A program made the translations under genes and the position numbers. A model generated the notes under the pieces. That model searched no databases, was not told the origin of the DNA, and worked only from the letters and a program-made list of their open reading frames with translations. From Desulfatiglandales bacterium (GTDB lineage Bacteria; Desulfobacterota; DSM-4660; Desulfatiglandales; Desulfatiglandaceae): a stretch of DNA of 64,000 bases. Each line of letters opens with the position of its first letter. The first letter of the stretch is position 1. The stretch spans positions 2,688,001-2,752,000 of the forward strand of contig OY759599.1 in NCBI GenBank assembly GCA_963662465.1, given 5' to 3'. Positions 18,609-28,447 of this stretch are shown here, one piece after another.

Positions 18609-19193
18609 ATGAAAAAGACATTTATTGCGGCACTTTTACTGGTTCTATCCATTCATCCGGCAGCTTTTGGCGGCCTCTCGGACAATCCACGGGTCGTCAT
18701 GGAAACATCCAAGGGAACCATTGTTCTGGAGGTTTTTCCCGATGAAGCACCCGAGACCGTAAAAAACTTTTTGCAGTACGTGAGATGGGGACACTATGAC
18801 GGGACCATCTTTCACCGGGTAATTCCGGACTTCATGATTCAGGGCGGCGGTTTCACGCCGGACATGAAACGGAAAAGCACCGAAATGTCCATCCCAAACG
18901 AGGCGCACAACGGCCTGAAAAACGCACGGGGAACAGTGGCCATGGCGCGTACGCCGGATCCCCACAGCGCCACGGATCAGTTCTTCATCAACACCAAGAG
19001 CAATGGTTTCCTGAACCACACCAGCGAAACCCCACGGGGGTGGGGATATACCGTCTTCGGCAAGGTGGTCAAAGGGATGGACGTGGTGGATGCCATCTCA
19101 GGGGTCAAAACCGCCAAAAAGGGCATGATGGGCGACGTTCCGGTGACACCGGTCCGGATCATCAAAATGACCATTGAAGGCAATGGGAAATAA
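18609..19193 (+). CDS. periplasmic cyclophilin-type peptidyl-prolyl cis-trans isomerase
   Basis: Signal peptide; FHRVIPDFMIQGGG, GTVAMART, QFFIN, GYTVFGKV. Confidence 0.95.
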   Translation: MKKTFIAALLLVLSIHPAAFGGLSDNPRVVMETSKGTIVLEVFPDEAPETVKNFLQYVRWGHYDGTIFHRVIPDFMIQGGGFTPDMKRKSTEMSIPNEAHNGLKNARGTVAMARTPDPHSATDQFFINTKSNGFLNHTSETPRGWGYTVFGKVVKGMDVVDAISGVKTAKKGMMGDVPVTPVRIIKMTIEGNGK

Positions 19194-19208
19194 GGGCGGA
19201 TCAAAAGA

Positions 19209-19526
19209 TTACGCCATCTCGATGATAACGGTTCCTTTCGGCAAAATCTGCCCCTGTTTGGCATGAATCTTCTTGATAATGCCTGAAAACGGGGCCGTAA
19301 CCTTGTTGATCATTTTCATGGCTTCCAGAGAAAGCAACTCCTGGCCTTTAGCCACCGGATCCCCTGCCTTGACAAATATATCTTGGATCGTTCCCGGAAG
19401 GCTGTTCTTTACCATTTTCGGATTCTCTTTTTCCCACTTAGGCCGGTTTTCAAACTTGGCGGTATGGCGGGTCAAATAAAGGGTTCCATCGATATTGAGT
19501 AATTTATATTTTTTTTCGGTTGTCAT
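19209..19526 (-). CDS. biotin carboxyl carrier (biotinyl-domain) protein
   Basis: LEAMKM biotinylation motif; adjacent to a carboxyltransferase. Confidence 0.9.
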   Translation of the reverse strand: MTTEKKYKLLNIDGTLYLTRHTAKFENRPKWEKENPKMVKNSLPGTIQDIFVKAGDPVAKGQELLSLEAMKMINKVTAPFSGIIKKIHAKQGQILPKGTVIIEMA

Positions 19527-19538
19527 GGTTCCAGTTCC

Positions 19539-21083
19539 CTAAAATGGCGGAATGCCGTGTTTCTTCTCCGGCCGCGACTCGACTTTGTATTCGGAAATTT
19601 CAAGGCAGTGCAGTAAAATGTCCCTTGTCTCCTCCGGTTCGATCACCGAGTCAATATATCCTTTCGAGGCCGCCACAAAGGGGTTGGAAAATTTGTCTCG
19701 GTATTCCTCGATCTTCACCTGTCTCATGGCTTCGGGATCTTCAGCCGCGTTGATCTCCTTTCTGAAAATAATATTGGCTGCGCCCTCGGGTCCCATGACC
19801 GCAATTTCAGCGCCGGGCCAGGCAAAAACAAAATCCGCTTTCAGATGTCTGGAGTTCATGGCAACATATCCGCCGCCATAGGCTTTTCGGAGGATTACCG
19901 TAATGCGCGGCACGCTGGCCTCGCTGTATGCATACAGCAACTTGGCGCCGTGACGGATCACGCCCGCATGCTCCTGGTCGATTCCGGGCAGGTATCCGGG
20001 CAGATCTTCAAATGTGATCAGGGGGATATTGAACGCATCACAATATCGAATAAACCGTGCGGCCTTGTCGGAAGAATCACAATCCAGAACCCCTGCAAGC
20101 ACCAGTGGCTGATTGGCCACAAAACCCACGGGACGGCCATTCATTCGGGCAAAACCGATGACGATATTGCCTGCCCATCTCTCATGAACTTCAAAAAAAT
20201 GCGAACTGTCCACCACCGCCCGGATCACATCCCTGACATCGTAGGGCAGGGCCGGATCACTGGGGACAATTTCCTCTATTTTTCTCCCTTTTCTGGGCTT
20301 TCTGGGCGGCAGTATCACCGGTTTCTTGGTATTGTTCCAGGGGATAAAGCTGATCAGGTCTTTGATCTGTTCGAAACATTCCGTTTCGCTTTCAGCAAAA
20401 AAATGAGCATTGCCGGTGATTTCACAGTGGACTTTAGCGCCTCCCAGATCCTCCATGCTGATTTCTTCTCCCAGGACAGTCTTGATGACTTGGGGACCAG
20501 TAATAAACATTTGTGAAATTTTATCCACCACAAAAACAAAGTCGGTCAGTGCGGGCGAATAAACGGCGCCCCCCGCGCATGGACCGAGGATAACGGATAT
20601 TTGAGGGATAACGCCGGAAGCAATGGCGTTCCGATAGAAAATCTCGCCATAGCCCGCCAGGGAATTTACGCCTTCCTGGACACGGGCGCCGCCGGAGTCA
20701 TTGATACCGATAAGGGGAACCCTCAATTTCATGGCATGGTCCATGATTTTGGTAATTTTATGGGCATGCATCAGGCCCAGAGACCCGCCTGCCACCGTAA
20801 AATCCTGGGCATAAATACACACGGGTTTTCCGCTTATCTTTCCGGTGCCGGTAATGACGCCGTCACCGTGAAGAATCTTTTTGTCCATATCAAAATCTCT
20901 TGCCTCATGCTTGGCAAAAAGATCGTATTCCTGAAATGAATCTTTGTCCAAAAGCGCTAAGATCCTTTGTCTGGCCGTCATTTTGCCCATGGCCGCCTGC
21001 TTTTCAGTAGCCTTGCGCCCGCCGCCCTGGAGGGCCTCAGCTCTTTTTTTGATCAAATCAAGCGTTTTTTTCTTTAAAGACAT
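19539..21083 (-). CDS. acyl-CoA carboxylase carboxyltransferase (beta) subunit (PccB/MmdA family)
   Basis: GDGVITG, QDFTVAGGSLG, DSGGARVQEG, GPCAGGAVYSP, RKAYGG, KKHGIPPF. Likely start at MSLKKK (21083). Confidence 0.93.
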   Translation of the reverse strand: MSLKKKTLDLIKKRAEALQGGGRKATEKQAAMGKMTARQRILALLDKDSFQEYDLFAKHEARDFDMDKKILHGDGVITGTGKISGKPVCIYAQDFTVAGGSLGLMHAHKITKIMDHAMKLRVPLIGINDSGGARVQEGVNSLAGYGEIFYRNAIASGVIPQISVILGPCAGGAVYSPALTDFVFVVDKISQMFITGPQVIKTVLGEEISMEDLGGAKVHCEITGNAHFFAESETECFEQIKDLISFIPWNNTKKPVILPPRKPRKGRKIEEIVPSDPALPYDVRDVIRAVVDSSHFFEVHERWAGNIVIGFARMNGRPVGFVANQPLVLAGVLDCDSSDKAARFIRYCDAFNIPLITFEDLPGYLPGIDQEHAGVIRHGAKLLYAYSEASVPRITVILRKAYGGGYVAMNSRHLKADFVFAWPGAEIAVMGPEGAANIIFRKEINAAEDPEAMRQVKIEEYRDKFSNPFVAASKGYIDSVIEPEETRDILLHCLEISEYKVESRPEKKHGIPPF

Positions 21084-21200
21084 AACAATGTAACCTTTTG
21101 AAAAATCTTCATTAAAAAAAATGCTCACAGCCGCCGGTTTGGCCCCCTCGATAAGATTACGCGGGGTTCCCATCACCACGGCTGGAGCAATATGATGATA

Positions 21201-21599
21201 TCATTTTACAAATTCGAAGAGGCTGAACTTAGACGCTTTTTTATCAAAGGTCAAAACAGCCTCGCAACCCTTTATTTGAGCAGAATGCGCAATCAGAAGG
21301 TCCGAAAGATCATAGGTATTTCCATTTGCGGCATGTACGAATTGTTGTAAAGCTGACTGGCAATCAAATTTTAAAATCGGCATCAATAAAAGGTCGCTGA
21401 TAGAATCCAGAATTTCAGCTCTTGAAATTTCATAAACAGATTCTAAAACCCAAATCATTTCTAAAACAACAAGCAATGGCACAAATAGTTCGTTTTTCTC
21501 TGACTCCGCTTTTTTGAACATTGTATAGACTTTTTTTGATTGCAGTTCATCATCACCCACTAAAAACCGAATCAAAATATTCGTATCCAGTGCCTTCAT
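21201..21599 (-). CDS. vapC: VapC-family PIN-domain toxin
   Basis: ALDTNILIR..E..WVL..D.LIA..LTFD PIN acidic residues; overlaps the antitoxin by 4 nt. Confidence 0.9.
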   Translation of the reverse strand: MKALDTNILIRFLVGDDELQSKKVYTMFKKAESEKNELFVPLLVVLEMIWVLESVYEISRAEILDSISDLLLMPILKFDCQSALQQFVHAANGNTYDLSDLLIAHSAQIKGCEAVLTFDKKASKFSLFEFVK

Positions 21600-21844
21600 T
21601 TGAATTTGACCCTCATTCTATTTCTGATGGCATCGTCCATATTTTCAAGGGATACGGATTCTCTTCCGGGTTTATGCAATTTGCGGAAAATTTCGTCTAC
21701 TTTTTTAGACACAGGTCTGATGATGGCCTCTCTTTTTTCCGTGAGAATAATCTCAATTTTGTCACCGGTATTTAATTTTAGAGAGTCTCTAATCATTTTG
21801 GGAATAGTCACCTGCCCCTTAGTGGTGATGGTCGCTAACGCCAT
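21596..21844 (-). CDS. AbrB/MazE/SpoVT-family antitoxin
   Basis: ATITTKGQVTIPK.IRD.L.L..GD AbrB fold, upstream of the PIN toxin. Confidence 0.9.
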   Translation of the reverse strand: MALATITTKGQVTIPKMIRDSLKLNTGDKIEIILTEKREAIIRPVSKKVDEIFRKLHKPGRESVSLENMDDAIRNRMRVKFK

Positions 21845-21875
21845 AACTCTCTCCTTACTTAAATATTGATTCTTA

Positions 21876-21909
21876 CTTACTTGTAAGGCGATGGATAAAA
21901 AATGTCAAG
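21876..21909 (-). promoter_or_regulatory. TA operon promoter with overlapping inverted-repeat operator
   Basis: TTGACA on the minus strand (21909-21904); CTTAC-N2-GTAAG inverted repeat (21876-21887) over the expected -10. Confidence 0.5.
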
Positions 21910-21928
21910 GAATAATTTGAAATACAGA

Positions 21929-24900
21929 TCAGGCGCGGCTGCCCCCGAATCGTTCCTGAAGGCTGTTCAGCAGCGAGCAGAGGACCGGCACCACCACCAG
22001 GGTCAACAGGGTGGCCACGGCCAGACCGAAAATCACCGCTACGGCCATGGGCCCCCACCACTGACTGGACTCATTGCCGATATCCCAGGCAACATTGCGA
22101 AAATCAAAGCTGATGCCCGTGGCCATGGGCAACAGCCCTAGAATGGTGGTGATGGCCGTCAGCATCACCGGCCGAAACCGCACCAGGCCCGCCTTGATGA
22201 GGGCTTCCCGAGCCGCCATGCCCCGCTCTTTAAGCTGGTTGTAATAGTCGATCAAAACGATGGCATTGTTAACCACGACGCCCGCCAGGCTGATAACACC
22301 AATGCCGGTCATAATGACGCCGAATGCGGTATCCGTTATTAAAAGCCCTAAGAATACGCCAATGAGGGAAAGAAGAACGGACGTCAAAATAATAAAGGGC
22401 GTCATAAAAGAATTAAACTGGGTAACCAGAATCAGGAAGATAATAAACAGCGCGGCCACAAAGGCCTTGCTCAGAAATGCAGCGGACTTTGCCTGTTCCT
22501 CCTGCTCCCCCGAAAAACGATAAGAATACCCACGGGGCCAGTCAATGCGCGTCCCCAGATACGTTTCAATATCCTGGATCACATCATTGGCCAGCCTTCC
22601 GGAAACATCCCCCGAGATAGTGACCACCCGTTTCTGATCCAGCCGCATGATGGCCCCAAGCCCGCTGCTGAGCGTAATCTTTGCCAGACTCGTCAGGGGT
22701 ATGGGCTCTCCTTTGGGGCCTGAAACCGTGATCCGCTTGAGACTCTCAAGAGAATGGCGATCCTTGTCGGGCAGACGGGCGATAATATCGTATTCATCCT
22801 TCCCTTCCCGATAAACGCCCACTTTGGCGCCATTAATGGCGGTCTTTACGGTATAGGCAATGGCATAGGTATCCAGACCCATCAATGCGGCCTTTTCCTT
22901 GTCCACCCGAACCCGAATTTCGGGCTTTCCTTTCACGAAATTATCCTTCAAATCCACAAGGCCCGGAATATTCTTGATCTCTTTTCTGATTTTCGCCGCC
23001 AGGTCTCCCAGCACATGAATATCTTTCCCGGAAATTTCCAGATTCACCGGGGCGCCGGTGGGGGGACCTTCCTTTTCCTTTTCCACCTGCACCTCAGCGC
23101 CTTTGACGGTGTTCAGAGCCTCTTCCCGAACCTCCCGCACCACGGTGGATGAAAGGGTTTTGCGGTCATGAAAATCCTTGAAATCGAGCGCCACACGATT
23201 GATATGGGTCCCCGTACCCCCTTGGGAAAAAGGATCGCCCCCTTCCGCGCCGATGTTGGAAATCACATACCGAATGTCTTCATATTTAGATACGATGTTT
23301 TCCACCAGCCGAACCAGCTTGTCCGAAGCATCCAGGTTCGTGCCTTCGGGGGCCTTGACATTGACATAGGCCCGCCGGGGTTCGGACTCGGGCATGAATT
23401 CGCTCCCTTTTCCAAAAGCCCCATACAGAACAATGGACCCCACCAGAAGCAGAAAAGAGGTAAGGACCACAATCAGCCGGTGATTCAAGGACCAGTTTAG
23501 AAGAGCAAGATAAATCCGTTTAACAAGGGGCTCTTTAGATGGGTTCTTTTTGGTCTTAAGGGGCTTTGCGGTCTGATACCGGGCCGAAAGCACGGGATTG
23601 ATCACCAGTGCCACAAAAAGCGAGGCAGTGAGGGCCATGATGAGCGTCTCAGGCAAATATCCCATGAACTCGCCCATGATTCCGGGCCAGAACAGCATGG
23701 GCATAAAAGCCCCAAGGGTGGTCATGGTGGAGGTGATTACCGGCCAGGCCACCTGGTTGGCGCCGGTGAGGGCCGCCTCGTTCCGACTCATGCCCTGTTG
23801 AATATGCCGGTAGATGTTCTCCACAATGACGATCCCGTTATCCACCAGCATGCCCAGGGCCAGAATCAGGGAAAACAGCACCACCATGTTGAGGGTCACA
23901 TCAAAGGCGGCCAGGAGAATGAAGGTGATAAACATGGAATAAGGAATGGCCAGGGCCACGAAAATCGCGGACCGCCCTCCGATAAAGAGCAGGATAACCG
24001 CCACCACCAGAATCAGGCCGGAAAGGATGTTGTTCTCCAGGTCCGCCACCATCAGCCGAACATCGTTGCTCATGTCGCTTGTGAGGTCGATTTTGAGGGT
24101 AGGCGGCAGGAGCGGTTTCATTTCCTTGACAATGGCCTTGACCTGGTCCGTCACCTCGACAATATTCTCGCCGCTGCGCTTCTGGATGGCCAGGGTGACG
24201 CTCTTAACCCCATTAAAGCGGCTTCGCGTGAGGGGATCCTTATAGCTGTCCCGGATAAAAGCCACATCCCTCAGGTACACCGGCTTGCCGTCCCGCACAA
24301 AGGCCACAATGGAAAAGATTTCCGCCGGATCCTGGAAATCCTCCGGTACGCGAATCAGGTATTTGCCCTGGCCGATATCCATGCTGCCGCCGGGCATGTT
24401 CACGTTGCTCTTGGTCACCGCGTTGATGAGACTTGAAAAGGGAACCCGGTAGGCCCCCACCCGATCCAGGTCCAGCTCCACGTGGATCTCCCGTTCCAAG
24501 CCGCCGCTCAAGCGGGCGTCCAGTACCCCCGGGACGGACTCAAACTGGTCTTCCATATCCTCGGCGAATTTCTGCAAACGCCTGAGGCTGAAAGGACCGG
24601 ATAAAACCACTCGAATGATGGGGAGATCTGAAAAGTTGACCTCCTGAAGCACCGGGTCATCGGGGAGATCCCTCGGCAGGTCCTTCCTGGCCTGGTCCAC
24701 CTTGTCCCTGACCTTCTGGAGGGCATCGTCGATATCTACGGATGGAAGGAATTTGACCGCTACCGTGGAAATGCCCTCGGCGGACGTAGAGCGAATCTCC
24801 TCCACATCGGAAATCCCTTTTAGTTTTCGCTCAATGGGAATGGAGATCAGCTTCTCCATATCCTCGGGGGCTACCCCTTCGTAGGTCGTGGTCACAAAGA

Positions 24901-25033
24901 CGTAGGGGATGGTGATATCCGGAAAATTTTCCCTTGGGAGCGTCACATAGCAGTAAACCCCGGCGATCAGAATAAAGGCCATGAGGGTCAGAACGGTGAC
25001 CTGCCTCTTGAGTGCGACCTGATTGAGGATCAT
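21929..25033 (-). CDS. RND efflux transporter permease subunit (AcrB/CusA family)
   Basis: 1034 aa; LGMLVDNGIVIVENI, GVVVNNAIVLID, RFRPVMLTA. Confidence 0.95.
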   Translation of the reverse strand: MILNQVALKRQVTVLTLMAFILIAGVYCYVTLPRENFPDITIPYVFVTTTYEGVAPEDMEKLISIPIERKLKGISDVEEIRSTSAEGISTVAVKFLPSVDIDDALQKVRDKVDQARKDLPRDLPDDPVLQEVNFSDLPIIRVVLSGPFSLRRLQKFAEDMEDQFESVPGVLDARLSGGLEREIHVELDLDRVGAYRVPFSSLINAVTKSNVNMPGGSMDIGQGKYLIRVPEDFQDPAEIFSIVAFVRDGKPVYLRDVAFIRDSYKDPLTRSRFNGVKSVTLAIQKRSGENIVEVTDQVKAIVKEMKPLLPPTLKIDLTSDMSNDVRLMVADLENNILSGLILVVAVILLFIGGRSAIFVALAIPYSMFITFILLAAFDVTLNMVVLFSLILALGMLVDNGIVIVENIYRHIQQGMSRNEAALTGANQVAWPVITSTMTTLGAFMPMLFWPGIMGEFMGYLPETLIMALTASLFVALVINPVLSARYQTAKPLKTKKNPSKEPLVKRIYLALLNWSLNHRLIVVLTSFLLLVGSIVLYGAFGKGSEFMPESEPRRAYVNVKAPEGTNLDASDKLVRLVENIVSKYEDIRYVISNIGAEGGDPFSQGGTGTHINRVALDFKDFHDRKTLSSTVVREVREEALNTVKGAEVQVEKEKEGPPTGAPVNLEISGKDIHVLGDLAAKIRKEIKNIPGLVDLKDNFVKGKPEIRVRVDKEKAALMGLDTYAIAYTVKTAINGAKVGVYREGKDEYDIIARLPDKDRHSLESLKRITVSGPKGEPIPLTSLAKITLSSGLGAIMRLDQKRVVTISGDVSGRLANDVIQDIETYLGTRIDWPRGYSYRFSGEQEEQAKSAAFLSKAFVAALFIIFLILVTQFNSFMTPFIILTSVLLSLIGVFLGLLITDTAFGVIMTGIGVISLAGVVVNNAIVLIDYYNQLKERGMAAREALIKAGLVRFRPVMLTAITTILGLLPMATGISFDFRNVAWDIGNESSQWWGPMAVAVIFGLAVATLLTLVVVPVLCSLLNSLQERFGGSRA

Positions 25034-26079
25034 TGGGTTTGAACCTTCATCCCTTCCTCAACGTCTCTCTGACCAGTCACGATCAGACGATCTCCCGGCC
25101 TCAACCCGTCGGTAATCTGGACCCGGTCTCCCTCGATGACCCCGATGGAAACGGTCCGAGCATGGGCAATGCCGTCTTCTTCCACAAACAGGAGACGTTC
25201 GCCCCCTTTGTCCAGGATGGCGAACAGGGGCGCGGAAAGCGCATCGGGAATCATGCGCCGAAGGAAAATCACACGGGCAATCATCCCCGGTCTGATGTCG
25301 TGGTTCGGATTATCAATCAGGACCCTTACCCGGAAGGTCTTGGTAGCGGAATCCGCCTTAAAGGAAACAAAATCCACCTTTCCCCGCATGCGGCGGTCCG
25401 GAAAAGCGTCTATCCCAACCGTGACCTCCTGCCCCTTTTTCAGATAACGGACATCCAGTTCCGGCACATTCACGTGAATTTTAATCTTGTCCACATTGAC
25501 CAAATCCACCATGGGCTGACCTCGGTTGACAAACTCGCCTTCATCCACATGCAGATAATTCACCATGCCGCTGATGGGGGAGTGAGGAAATCCACGATCA
25601 TATTCCACCTTGGCCTTGACCAGATCGCTTTCAGCCAATGCCTTATCGGTACGGGCCCGCTCCAATGCCTCCTGATGAACGATCCCCCGATCAAAAAGGG
25701 TCTTGCGCCGTTCATAAAGATCCTTTGTCAGTTCAGCGGAAGCCTCGGACCGGGTAATGATTGTTTTCAAAGCCGAAACATCAATTCTGGCCAGAAGTTG
25801 TCCTTTCTTGACCGCGTCGCCTTCTTTTGGGCCGATCCACTCCACGCGGCCGTCCTTATCGGAGGCCACCAGAACGTCCTGCCAGGCCTCGGTTTCCCCC
25901 GGCAACACCAGGATATCCCGAATGGGCGCAGGCGTCACTTCCGCCACGTCCACCTTAATCACTTTTGCAACGTTCTGTCCCTTTTCAGCCTCCGCTCGAC
26001 TTTCCGAGCCACGACACCCCCCTAAGGCAACCAGAAGAAGTAACACGCCCAACCCCAGCCATCGCAACCGGCATTTCAT
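25030..26079 (-). CDS. RND efflux periplasmic adaptor (membrane fusion protein), probable lipoprotein
   Basis: LGGC lipobox-like, lipoyl halves (EGDAVKKGQLL, SPISG), RPGM; overlaps the permease start. Confidence 0.93.
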   Translation of the reverse strand: MKCRLRWLGLGVLLLLVALGGCRGSESRAEAEKGQNVAKVIKVDVAEVTPAPIRDILVLPGETEAWQDVLVASDKDGRVEWIGPKEGDAVKKGQLLARIDVSALKTIITRSEASAELTKDLYERRKTLFDRGIVHQEALERARTDKALAESDLVKAKVEYDRGFPHSPISGMVNYLHVDEGEFVNRGQPMVDLVNVDKIKIHVNVPELDVRYLKKGQEVTVGIDAFPDRRMRGKVDFVSFKADSATKTFRVRVLIDNPNHDIRPGMIARVIFLRRMIPDALSAPLFAILDKGGERLLFVEEDGIAHARTVSIGVIEGDRVQITDGLRPGDRLIVTGQRDVEEGMKVQTQ

Positions 26080-26129
26080 GAATGACCCTCGCTTTCATAT
26101 TGAATTTCCCGATTCCAAAAAGGATTGCG

Positions 26130-26618
26130 TTACAGCCAAGAGTTGAATTTTTCCCAGAATTCCTTGTCGCTGGTCTGCCAGTCAGGACCGAATTTCTTTT
26201 CGTAAAAGGAACCCATCCGCTCGATCCATCGATTCCACGGAAGCTTTCCTTTTTTCCGGGCAACCAGGATATCCTTTAGATATTTCGCGATATGAATCAT
26301 TTCCTCTTTCGGAACATAAAAGGCGGCTCCGCCCTTGAAAGACCTCACCGTATGGCTTACGCTCAGCGCATTGGCCGTCAACATGACCGCGGGAACCTCT
26401 TTATCGTTAGCAATTTCCAGAAGTTTATATCCATCCACACCCATGATATCCAGAACCGCAATATCAAAGGACTCCTGCTCGAGTTGTTCCCTTGCGTCTT
26501 CAAAAGTGGACGCTTTCACAAGACTGCACATGGGCAGCAGATCTTCAAGGGTATCCAGCACGTCAGGTTCATCGTCCACAACAAGAACCCTTTTTCCTTC
26601 CAGCAAATCTTTTGTCAT
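26130..26618 (-). CDS. single-domain response regulator (REC) with Trp-rich C-terminal extension
   Basis: VLVVDDE, AVLDIMG, MLTA and VPK. Likely start MTKDLL at 26618; paralogue of 2067..2570. Confidence 0.88.
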   Translation of the reverse strand: MTKDLLEGKRVLVVDDEPDVLDTLEDLLPMCSLVKASTFEDAREQLEQESFDIAVLDIMGVDGYKLLEIANDKEVPAVMLTANALSVSHTVRSFKGGAAFYVPKEEMIHIAKYLKDILVARKKGKLPWNRWIERMGSFYEKKFGPDWQTSDKEFWEKFNSWL

Positions 26619-26924
26619 AACCGTAAGCTCTCCAAAAAAATTCAGGCATAATTTCTGGTTTAAATGTTTATAGGGTAACGCTTTCTGAGGCTCTTTCAAG
26701 GCCCGTCTTTGAAAAAAAACAGACAAACAGGATACAAATATCGTCTGAACCCGGCGTAAGACGGCAGTTCAAAAAAAGGAATTTGCACTCATAACGGTCC
26801 TATGGTAGAAATTCCGCAGTGGCCGTATCACCCACTGATTTGAAGTTCACCAGGGGAAGATATAAGACCGTTATACATGCCAGGACGCTATTTAACATAA
26901 AAACCAAGCTGGAAAAACCGGAAA

Positions 26925-28271
26925 ATGATAAAATCATTTTTTAACTATGATGCATGTCTTGAACGACTGCTGGCAATGAAGGCCTGGGTGTGGTCCAATA
27001 TTTTCATCTGGGAAAATATCGTCCAGATCCTGGTACAGATCTCCGTGTTATTGGCCGCATGGATCATCGGAACCCTTATCGGTCGATGGACCCGCAAAAT
27101 GATCACCAACCGGGTCAAGACGTCGTCGTTAAAAAATCGGCACATCATGGGCTTTCTAAATCGTTTGCTCAACTTGTTGCCGCTCATTTTCAGCGCCTTT
27201 GCACTCTGGTTGTGCATTCAGGGCATCGACCGAATCGGCTACCCAACTTTTTTGATGAAACTCTTTCTCAACCTGAGCATTGCCTGGGTTGTCATTCAGC
27301 TGGCCACATCCATCATTCTGGACCGGTTCTGGTCCAAAATTATTGCTGCGGCATGCTGGCTGCTGGCCGCTCTCAATATCCTGGGCGTTCTTGATGAAAC
27401 CGTTTCCCTGTTTGAGAATATCGGATTTACGGTTGGGGATGTAAATCTGACGCTGCTTTCCGTCATCAAGGCCGTGTTGGTTTTGATGATTCTCCTTCGA
27501 GGCGTGAACTGGATCACCGGATACATGGAACGTAAGCTATCCGGTGTTTCCGAACTGACCCCTTCCACCCGTTTGATGCTGATCAAAAGCATCAATATCG
27601 CCTTGATATTCATGGTGACGCTGGTGGCGCTGAACAGCGTAGGCATTGACCTGTCGGCCCTGGCTTTTTTCAGCGGCGCCATCGGTTTGGGCGTTGGATT
27701 CGGCTTGCAGAAGATTGTGGGAAATTTCGTCAGCGGCCTCATCCTGCTCTCGGACAAATCCGTCAAACCGGGAGATGTGGTGCAGTTGTCGGATGTTTAT
27801 GGTTTTGTCAAACACATGGGAGGACGCTGCGTTTCGGTGGTCACACGGGATGAAAAAGAATACCTGATTCCCAATGAGGATCTCATCACCCAGCAGGTCA
27901 TCAACTGGTCCCACTCATCCAGGAGAATCCGAATCAAGGTGCCGGTGGGCATCTCCTACAACGCGGACCCCCACAAAGCCATTGCACTGATCGAAGAAAC
28001 CGCCCAAGGCATCGAGAGAATCCTCGACAATCCGGCGCCTAAATGCCTGCTGGTGGGATTCGGAGACAACTCCGTGGACCTGCAATTGCGCTTCTGGATT
28101 CGGGACCCCCAAAACGGCGTGGCCAATATCACCAGCCGGGTTATGTTAAAGATATGGGATATTCTGAAAGAAAATAATATCGACATACCCTATCCCCAAA
28201 GAGATATACACCTGGACGCTGAATCGGCGTTGCGGGTGGTACACGTTTCTTCTCATCCACAACCATTTTAA
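26925..28271 (+). CDS. MscS-family mechanosensitive ion channel
   Basis: GAIGLGVGFGLQKIVGNFVSG, IPN, NWS, IPYPQRDIH; multiple N-terminal TM helices. Confidence 0.93.
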   Translation: MIKSFFNYDACLERLLAMKAWVWSNIFIWENIVQILVQISVLLAAWIIGTLIGRWTRKMITNRVKTSSLKNRHIMGFLNRLLNLLPLIFSAFALWLCIQGIDRIGYPTFLMKLFLNLSIAWVVIQLATSIILDRFWSKIIAAACWLLAALNILGVLDETVSLFENIGFTVGDVNLTLLSVIKAVLVLMILLRGVNWITGYMERKLSGVSELTPSTRLMLIKSINIALIFMVTLVALNSVGIDLSALAFFSGAIGLGVGFGLQKIVGNFVSGLILLSDKSVKPGDVVQLSDVYGFVKHMGGRCVSVVTRDEKEYLIPNEDLITQQVINWSHSSRRIRIKVPVGISYNADPHKAIALIEETAQGIERILDNPAPKCLLVGFGDNSVDLQLRFWIRDPQNGVANITSRVMLKIWDILKENNIDIPYPQRDIHLDAESALRVVHVSSHPQPF

Positions 28272-28317
28272 TGATCCCGGACTTGCATCGAAAAGTTCTT
28301 TATTTGAGGCTTTTATA

Positions 28318-28346
28318 TTGACGGAGGATATTCCCGGTAGTAAGGT
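28318..28346 (+). promoter_or_regulatory. sigma70-like promoter upstream of mutY
   Basis: TTGACG-N17-TAAGGT. Confidence 0.45.
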
Positions 28347-28447
28347 TCTGAAACTGATGATCTACCGTTCACTCAAAACACACATGATGAATCCTCCCGA
28401 ATTTATCATGAGCGCTACCTGAAAAAGCCCCTGTGCGCCCTAAAACC

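Noticed and set aside
21929..26079. RND pair lacking an outer-membrane factor as a novelty
   Set aside because: Sharing a TolC-like channel encoded elsewhere is common.
28337..28368. GGTAG...CTGATGA..CTACC as a fluoride riboswitch or kink-turn RNA
   Set aside because: Lacks the GGNGAUGG..UCNCC 5' core, overlaps a plausible -10 box, and precedes mutY rather than crcB.
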